Source: Adineta vaga
Lineage: Eukaryota; Animalia; Rotifera
NCBI GenBank assembly: GCA_021613535.1
Contig: CP075497.1
Span: 10,664,001 to 10,728,000 of the forward strand
Direction: 5' to 3'
DNA: 64,000 nt
Part shown: positions 54,435-64,000 of the stretch, piece after piece
How the letters are laid out: every line of letters starts with the position of its first letter
Position numbering within the stretch: the stretch's first letter is position 1
The notes under the pieces: generated by a model
Told to the model about the DNA's origin: nothing
The model's input: only the letters and a program-made list of their open reading frames with translations
Database searches by the model: none
Translations under genes and position numbers: made by a program

Positions 54435-55060
54435 TTGAAGTCAAAAAAGAAGTAAAAATGCAAAGACAGTGAGTATTAGCCTCAGTTATAAAATAAAATA
54501 ACTCGTTATTTGTCGACGTAGCCTGTGAAATTGCAGAATTGCACCATCACTGTTATTTTCTTAACTTGTCAATCGAATGAATCATACGCTTAGTCATAGT
54601 ATTTATCTACTGTCTCATTCTTCGACAATGAAACATTCAGTGAAAATCGAGTATTTTCAGAAGGAATAAAAACACACAAAACACTATTATTCATTATGAT
54701 TCAATCAATAGTTAGATTAATTTATGCATTCATAGGTGTATTCATATCATAAAATACAAAGACTATGTTCAATAAACATCGACAAAAAAAATCATGAAAA
54801 GAAAAGTGAATAATAAACTACATACAAAAATGAATGATATCTTTCTTTTATTCGCTAAGTTTCTCTATTCCAAAATCGTCGTCTCGAATTCATCCTGTAC
54901 AGACATATATGTTGTAAATAACAAGAATAAAAAGACAGGATAATCAATAGAAGTATTTCTTTTGTCTATATTATATTACACTGAATGAAAGTAAGAGACA
55001 AAGAAAAAAGAAATCATGCGCGGATACATGATTGAAAAAAGAAACCAGGATCCTAGAAAG

Positions 55061-58000
55061 TTATTTTTCTGTATCCACAATACGATATTGTTTATAAGGA
55101 TGATAGGGTGGTTGAAGGAGAGCTTTCTCATCATTTGAAACAGCAGATTGAACAGTAAAATCTTGTTGTTCATTATTATTGAATCGATGTGTTTGACACC
55201 AAAGATCATTAAGTGAATCATCATCAGATACATGTTTCGATGACCAATCTTGATAGAATTTTGTAAAACGATTGTATTGTTCGAGAGTTAGTTGTTTATG
55301 ATTCTAAAAATAAAGAGACAATCAAAGATAAAATTCATAATGAAAGTTAAATATACTTGTTTTGTTGAACGAAATGAACCACGTTTATAGAAAAAGAAAC
55401 CAGCACGATGAAAAGGTTTTCGTTTCAATGTTTTACTATCAATACGACAATAATCATTATTAATTGTGATTACTTCTGGTGTTGATTGATCATTCGGTAT
55501 ACGAAGATTTCGATGTAAAAATCGAGGTTTCTTTCGTAATCTTGTTCTTAAACGTACTGCCATTGTTTCATCAAGATCACCTTCATTTCCATGTAAATAT
55601 GCTTCAGTATAAAGTGTACCATTTTCAGTTATACGTTCTTCACCTTCATCTTCAGAGGACTCAAAAACAATCAATGAAGTTGTTATTCGACGTTCGTTTT
55701 TAAACTAAAAAGATCATATGAATAAAATTCAATTGAAAATTCTTATTCACATACCGAACAAATACGAAACAATCGATTACCATCTGCATACGATTCCATT
55801 TCATGTTGATAAGCAGCTTCTACATTTTGTTGCGCTGTTGAATAGAGATTATCGACTAAACCAACAGTACTATTATTACTTGTATATAAACGCATAATTG
55901 CATCAGATGATTCATCAGTAACAATAGCTTGTAACTAAACGAATAAAATAATCGAACTTTTTCCTTTTTTTTCTCTATCAATGTTTAACATACTTGTCGA
56001 ACACAATTATGAATAATTTTATCCGTTGTAAAAGCAATATATGCATGAATACCGAACATTTCACGTAGAGAATCTTCGTAAGATATACTATCCATACTTC
56101 CATCAAGTAAATTTCGAATCATGTCAAGAAATACAGAATAATATTCTTCAACTGGTATATTTGCTAGTTGAAAGAAAGAATTCAAATTTCATTTCAATAA
56201 ACGACTAAAAACTAAACTTACGACGATTCGATAAACGAAGTGTTGAAGGAATTGATGATGTTTGTCGATTACGTTGTGAACTATTTTCTTGTTCAATTAA
56301 ACGTAATGATTGTTGAAACATTTTCAATAATCTTTCACATAGTAATTGATGAAGTCGAAAGAAATAATAATAATTATCATTGACAAAAAACAAATGAAAC
56401 ATATCGTCCTAATCAAATACAAAATAAAATATTTATATCGAGAAGAATTTGATGATAGATCTTACTAGTTTTTGATATTCTTGTGCAAGTTGTCGCGGTT
56501 TAGTTGTCGAAGGTTCAGCATTTCGTCGTCGATTTGTATCTGTATGACGTGTTGGTCGAGCTTTTCTATCACGTTTTGTGCTATTTTCATTCTCATCATC
56601 ATCATCATCTAATTTAGTCAAATTACATGGAAATAAAGAATTGAAACTATTCTTAAGAAGAATATTTACCTTCTTCATCATCACTTAATTCTCCACGTGG
56701 TGTAAAAAGAAAATCGGGTAAGAATTGATACATGATTTTTTTAATATTTTGTTTATCTTCTTTAGCAAATGTTGTTTGTCGTTTAACAAGAAAGATAATT
56801 AACGATGCAGCATCATCAAGTATCGAAAGATCTTCATAACGAAATATTAAATGTGGTTGATTATTATTTAAAGTCAATTGTTGATCACGCTAGATGACAA
56901 GAACAAAAGAGACAAAATGAATGATTATGCCTTAACTTTATGTTTTCTTTACTTCTTCTTTAATATTCTCAATTTCACTTAATAAATGTCGATTTCGAAT
57001 AATTCTTCCATCGGAATTTTTACAAATATTACTCATATAATCTAATGATTTGAGATAATATTTTTCACTTTGTTCTTTCCAAAATCGTTCAAAATTTTTC
57101 TTTGATTCACGCCATTCTTCATCTTTAGATTTCAATCTAAATGAAATCAAAATTATTTTCTATTTCATTTGTTTTCTTAACAAACCGTTTTAAAACAATT
57201 GGAACAGCAACACGTGGATTTCGTTTTAAACCATCAATAATTTCATTAGCACGTTCACCATATATTCGTTGAACAGCTTGCCGTTGTGTAAAAACGGATT
57301 GTCCACCTAATTGATCATCTAATTGAAAATTAGTCATTTGTTCAGATGTTAACGTATTCATATGTGATTGAACACTTTCTAATGCTCGTATTGCACTTAA
57401 ATTGACTTCCATAACAATATCAAGTTCAAAACGTTCATCTTCGATTTTATACATATGCTCTTCATAGACACTTTTTTTTGCAGCTACAGACGATGATTCA
57501 TCAGTAAACGTTGGAAATAAGACACAATGATCATTGAGAACTTCTTTACATAATTGTGTACGACCAGCACATGGTGGTGGAAGATAAGAACGTGGAACAG
57601 AACGATAACTTGTACCATATTGTGAGCATGAACCATAATCTAAAAAGAATTAGAGACTTAGAATTATTTTATTATCATTTGAACGACAATCTAATATGAT
57701 AGTATATCTACTTATTCTTCAGAGCAATACTTATTGAAAGAGATATATATTTTCTTACCTATACTAATCATACTATCAGCATCATTTTGATCGTAGATAC
57801 TTTTTGGAATAATAACTTCACCTGGTTCTCGTAAGTTAATTAATTCTTGAAATGTTTTCAATAATTCTGGCACATGACTAAAATAAAATGTTTGTACAAT
57901 TGTTGTCGTGTTGTTTTTTTCTTCAAATACAAATCTTTTACCTTAAATAAGATTGAATAAGTTCAAATAATTCAATACGAGTTATGATTCGTTTTGTATA

Positions 58001-59995
58001 AAGAAGAATACAACGTAGGAAATTATCGAATACCAATGGACTACGAAGTGTTTTTGTACCTAAAGATATTCATTGTAAATTAAAATACATCTTTGAATTC
58101 AAAACATACTTTATCAAAAAATGTTATTTCATCTAATGAAGGTAAGTTTCTATTTTGTCCTGCTGAATCACGCATAGTCATATCATTAATATTCGATGAT
58201 GGAGTTGAACTATTATCTATTATATTTAAACGTTTTTTCTTTGTTATACCAACGGATTTTGATGATGATGAAACTGATCGTTTATTTATATTAGTTGAAC
58301 TTGCTATTGTCGATCGTTTTGGTGATAATGGACGAGTCGTCATTTCTTCTTTTGCTACCGTTGAAGATAGAACGGTAAAAGATGGTGTCAACGTCGTGTT
58401 AGGATTTATATTGTTATTGAGCGTTAAAAACGAAGCTGATGATGATGATGATGATGGTGGTGGTAGAGTGTTATTTATGATTAAACGTGGAGTTGGATTG
58501 GTAAGTGGACCTGAACTATCTGATGAAGATAGAATATCCGTTATAGCATTTATACGTTCCTATTCAAAAGACAAAAACAAGAAATAAATGATGAATGTTA
58601 TTGCAATTTACTGATGAATGTTGACTAGCATCAGGTAGAAATTGACTAAATTCTGCTAGAAGATCTTCATGATTTGTAAATAGTTGTGCTACTTTTGCAT
58701 AAACTTCGGTTTCCGAAAGTAATACAGTTTGATTATTGTTTGTAGCTGTTGTTGTTGTTGATGTTGATGATGATTCTTTCGCATCTTTTTGTTGTTTTTG
58801 ATATGTATGAAGAATTTCAAGAAATGTTTTATATACATTTGGATTTCTAAATCATAGAAGATAATTAACAAATGAATAGATAGAGAAAAACAACAGACTG
58901 GTGAAAACGATTTTTGATTTTATTGACATAATTAATTGCATGATTGAATTCCACGGGTTGTCCATTCGAATTTGTTGCATTATTATTCGCATTTGATGTT
59001 TGTTGTTTATTTGCTTTTCCCGATAAATTTAATCCACCTGTTGTACCAAAATATGGTAATTGCGGTGAACTAGCTGCTGATATTAATGCATTTACAGCTT
59101 GTGATGTTGTATTAATTGGTTGTTGTTGAATATCATTTATTGTTGATGTTTCTTCATGATCATGAGTTAATAAATTCAATGTTTGACGTATTGATGCAGA
59201 TGAATGATACGTTGTCGATGTTGGTGTAGTTATTGCTAGATTATACGTCGGATTAATATTACCAATAGCAATGGATTCAATTCGTGATGATGGATGAGTT
59301 ACTTGAATATAACCAACATGATCATCACTAACTTCGATTTTATAACCAGGTGGTAAGAAGGTGTTGAAACCAACAATCAAATCTGGATGACCATGAAAGA
59401 GTGTCGATACACGATTGATAACTTCTTGGGTATCAATACTTAATACAAGAGAAATTGTAAAAGAAAAAAAAGATTGAAATAAACAAATCTTACCTTTGTG
59501 ATTTAAATTCTTTCATAATATCCAGAAATTGATTGTATACTTGCGGTTGACTCGCAAATTGGTTCTTCACCTTATCGAGATAACTAAGTGCATCCTCCAC
59601 TTTAAGGCGCTAAGAAGAACAAAATACAGTTACAATGACTAAAATAAGAGAGAAAAAGAAGCTTTTACTGATGATATTAATTGCCCTTGGCTGGATGTTG
59701 ATGTATTGTTTGTGTTATTATTTGGTGGAAAATTCCCACCAGATAAATTAGCAAAAAGATTTACAGCTGATGAAGCGGTCGGAAGATTTGAAACAATAGT
59801 TGATGTCGGTCGTCTAAAATCAATAAATCGGATTGAAATAGATTGTTTCTAGAATAAAATACTTACGTTGAAGGATTCTGAACAACAGTTGAAACAATTG
59901 TATTCAAAGCCTAAAGAGAAATTCATTGAAAAATCTCTTATTCATTCGATTTTCTTCCATACCAAATTGCTACTATTAGCAGAACTTGAGTTCAT
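55061..59995 (-). CDS. SIN3: SIN3 transcriptional co-repressor (PAH1-3, HID, C-terminal domain)
   Basis: [57 protein letters not shown] and [14 protein letters not shown]. Confidence 0.97.
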
Positions 59996-62103
59996 AAGAT
60001 CACGTTATTCGCAGAAAACAACACATACAACATATATTTATCTTAACTAATCTCGTATTTAGATTCGTCAATAAGAAAATAAGCACGCAGAATAAATGAC
60101 GATCTGAAAATTACAATCGATGTAAAAACTAAGAGAAAGAAACTATAGATAGACGCTAGATATTATTCTCACCGATAAGCGCTATGTACGTTTGTCGATT
60201 AACATTGTGTGTAACGACAAAAGATTTCCATCCAATCAGAATAAACTATGTTACCATTAAATCTGTATTGTCCTCCATTATGTCGTCATTGATCGAGGAG
60301 AGAACAAATAAGATGTAGCGATGGTTGAAAAATTATACTATTCATTATTATTGTGTTCTGTTTCTTCTAGTGATCGTACCAAGCTTGTAACTTTTTTCAA
60401 AACTTATTCTTTCTATTTGCAAGAAGAAAAGAAATTTTTGCCACATCTTTACTTTATTAATAAATATCTACATTTATATTTATATAGGAAAAAAAGAGGT
60501 CAATGATGTCGCCCATTTTTCTTTTTTCTTTTTAGAATCATATCTTATTCTTTCTGTCGTAGAGTAAACGATGTCTTACTCATGATAATGATGAAAATAG
60601 TAACAGGAGCGATTATGCATCGCTTTTTGACAAAAAAAGTTATTTTTTTTCACTTCATTCGCCTACAGTATACCTTTGACAGTACATGATGCAAGGATAG
60701 GAGGGTAATATCCTATCTCTTTTTCACACATCGGGGTTAGTATTTCTAATTTTTCTTTCTCTTCGTTTAGTTTTTTTCTTCCTCTGACGTATACGTTCGA
60801 TCTCTGCGTACATTTAATAGCCATTAAAAACCGAGAGAAAAAGCAAGCATGATTTGATTAATATGAGACAAAAAAAGGAAACCACTTTTATATATATATA
60901 TATATATACTACTATGGACAAGTGTCGTCAGCGGCATCTTCACGTTTCTAATGAAGAATTGTTGTTATTGTTGTTGTTTTTCCCTTTCGTACGAGTCAGA
61001 TTTTGTTTGTGAGAAACACCGTGATCATTCAGTGAACACAATAAACTTTCGTTTATGTAATTACATCATCATCATTACTATTAATGAGATATCAAACATG
61101 CTTTATTTCAAAACATCAAATCAATGCTGAGTAGAGTTGTTTTTGAAATAATCTGATGTTTTAGAATGCGATGAAGTAAAGATAGAGTTATTAATACATC
61201 GTAAGGAAGACAAAAACAAGTTTCCTCCCGGAGTTCTCTATGTTCTTTCCTTTTTCCCCCGTTTCTTTCTTTCACTCATTACATCCACAACATGTTTTTG
61301 CTTGTTCTCATCGTGTCTAAATAAATATCTATGCAATCCACGTCAACACACACACGCGTGTTTACGCGCATCTAAATACTTTACATATATACATCCGATA
61401 GAAAAAAACGAAGAAAAAAAAACACAATTTTTTAAGAAATTAATTTTCGATTGGTCAATTGTTGTTGATTTTTTCTTCTTCTATTTTTATTATTAAGCCA
61501 TAAGGTAAGACTTAGAAGAAGAAAAAGAAAGAAAGAAAGAAAGTAGAAAAGGAAATAAGTATGTGTCATTTATATTTTTTGTTTCTATTTATAGACAGAA
61601 TAGTATTCATCGAATATTTCTTTATGAGTACTACTTTTTTTAGAGATATGTCATACCAAGTACAAATTAAGTTATATTTATTTTTATCTAATTAATGTAT
61701 ATATCAAAACAATAATGTTCAATCGATGAATAACTAGTAAAAAGAAGTAAAAGAGTAACTCATGCTTAATTGTACTAGAGTATTCCACTTCTTCTTCCTC
61801 TTTTTCTATTTTTATTCAAGTATACAATGAATAGAAATTAAATAGAAAAGGCAAGTTTAAGCTCTTTATCATGTTTTTTTTTCTTTTTTATCCAAGTCTT
61901 TATTTATTGATAAAGAACAGGAATAGACAAGTCAATTATTCTAACTTCACTCTTATGATATATATATATATGAGCATAGACAAACTCGCACGTCATCATT
62001 GACATAATTATATGAGTATACATATGTAAATACAGAGTCCTTATTTTTCTCTTGAAAAATGAATTCGATACTTTGAATTATTCTAGATTTATAAACTTTT
62101 ACA

Positions 62104-64000
62104 ATGGCATGTTGGTTACCTCAACCAACATCAAACAAAGATTTTTGCGATGCAATTGATGCAATCATGAAACCTGAACATGAAGATGTGATTTTACTTG
62201 ATGATCCTCTTTCATCTGCAACACCATTAGATCTTGATCTCGAATCAATCACTGATTTACTTGATAATCCAACGCATAATGTACCAGGTTTATCACCGAT
62301 GTCACCATCAACATCCATAACAAATGATTATACACAACCATTAAATATCTATGACATGACGCAAACATCATTTTCTGTTAATAATAATACGAATACAAAT
62401 TCACAAACGAATACGACAGCACCATCTGCATATTCATCATTAGGAATTAGTCCAAAATTTACGACACTGAGTATTAATCAACAACATAATCCATTCTCAC
62501 CGCCATCACAAGATATAACTAATTCTTCGGCACTTCTTCAACCGTTTGTTCAACCATCATTAACGATAAATTCAAAAACTAATTTACATCCACCACCATT
62601 TGTTCAACATCAACCACTAGATAATTCAACTTTAGGTACATCATATCCATTTGAATTACAAGTTAATAGTGGTGCATCAGATGTTAAACGTTTTCGTTCA
62701 GCTAGTATGAACGACGGAGCAACACAACAACAACAAAAAATTGGTATAAATATTTTATTTTTCTTCCAAAAAAGAAAGAAAGTTAATCATTCGTTTTTAT
62801 ACTTTTAGAACCACAGGGTTTCGATCAAGGTCGTCTACGTTCATATACATATGTAACTCCACCATATTATCAAAATCGAACATCATCATTAGCAAGTACA
62901 ACTGCAACAACAAACTCATCAGCATCATCACTTGCAACGGATGTTTCATCAAATTCAGCATGGCCTTATGGTGATGGTCCTCGTCCAGCATCAAGTTCCT
63001 TTTCCGAAGTTATTACTCAACAACAGCAACTTCGTTTAAATAATAATTTATCAGCTTCATTTGGCGGTTCGCCCTCATTCTATTCACTTCAACAACAGCA
63101 ACAACAGCATCAGCAGCAGCAACAACGAAATTCAGGTGGATTTTTACCAGAGATTAATTTCCAAACACCACAAACAACTAATTGCACATTATTTTCATTA
63201 AATCAACAAGCAAATGGTGCTACTTCACCATCACCATCAGCTGCAAAACGTCCATCATTGGTTGGTTTTTCTGTTGACGAAATCAAAGGTAAAATAATGA
63301 CTTATTTGGAAATTCTTACATATTCTTTCTTTTCAGATGACCCAGGTAGTCCAAGTTGTACTTTGGAACAACAAAGTGAACCTGATCTTTGGTCGGATAT
63401 TGAACAGAATTCTTCGGATCGTTTTCAAGATAATGACGGTGATGAAATCTCATCCGATGATGATACAACAACAATATCAACAAGTTTAAATAATGATTTG
63501 GATTTACAAACACAATCCAATCAATTACATCCGAATTCTTCGTCACTCTTTTGGCAATATAATGTTCAAGCAAAAGGGCCAAAAACCAAACGAATACTTT
63601 ATTTAAAAGAACGCGATCCACATTTATTTCGAGAATTCAGTGATCCAGTTTATCAAATCAAATTAACACAAACCAATGGTCAACAATTTACTAAACTTCG
63701 AAAAGGTGATGGTAATGATGTAACACCAAATCCAATGAAACTTTATCAACTTGGAAAACAAATACGAGATTTATCTATGACTGGTAAAGGTCAATCAACG
63801 GCACCATCTGTTTATCATGGAATCTATCATGTTGAACAACAATCCAATTCTAATGATACAGTTGAAGTTAAAAAAGAAAAGAATAAAATCGCTAGTCGGT
63901 ACGTATAGAAAGAATGTGATATTTTGGTTTTTCGGTTTTAATGATAATGCTTTTTCTCTACAATATTAGAGCTTGTCGACTTCGTAAGAAAGCTCAACAT
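62104..64000 (+). CDS. CREBRF: CREBRF/REPTOR bZIP transcription factor, runs off the window end
   Basis: FWQYNVQAKGPK, LRKGDGNDVTPNP and KEKNKIASRACRLRKKAQH match the REPTOR/CREBRF basic region. Confidence 0.92.

Noticed and set aside
58800-58850. Suspected frameshift in the SIN3 PAH2 exon
   Set aside because: On re-reading the frame is intact ([17 protein letters not shown]).

Overview
Gene-dense, AT-rich (~30% GC) eukaryotic genomic DNA with many very short (~55-65 nt) GT-AG introns and a metazoan gene set, most consistent with a bdelloid rotifer (Adineta/Rotaria-like; inference). In order: 3' end of METTL16; a TMEM24/C2CD2L-like SMP-C2 lipid-transfer gene with two alternative N-termini and a nested ORF; a domesticated Crypton (DUF3504) gene; a ZnT1-like zinc exporter head-to-head with the ciliary gene JHY; an orphan Ser-rich gene; a claudin-like gene; a SEC11 paralog lacking its catalytic serine; PSMD1/Rpn2 with a 5-HT2-type receptor nested antisense in a 4.7 kb intron; an RNF114/166-type E3 ligase; SLC25A34/35; an MPPED-type phosphoesterase; SIN3; and the 5' part of CREBRF/REPTOR. 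I found no rRNA, tRNA, CRISPR array or intact transposon. The best novelty candidates are (1) the long TMEM24 isoform with a predicted ER-lumenal, exon-modular acidic/LEA-like repeat array, (2) the pseudo-peptidase SEC11, (3) the Crypton-derived gene with a NEK-like tail, and (4) a METTL16-type UACAGAAAC motif on a hairpin-embedded 3' splice site beside the METTL16 gene. Gene models were spliced by eye and family calls come from recalled motifs, not database searches.
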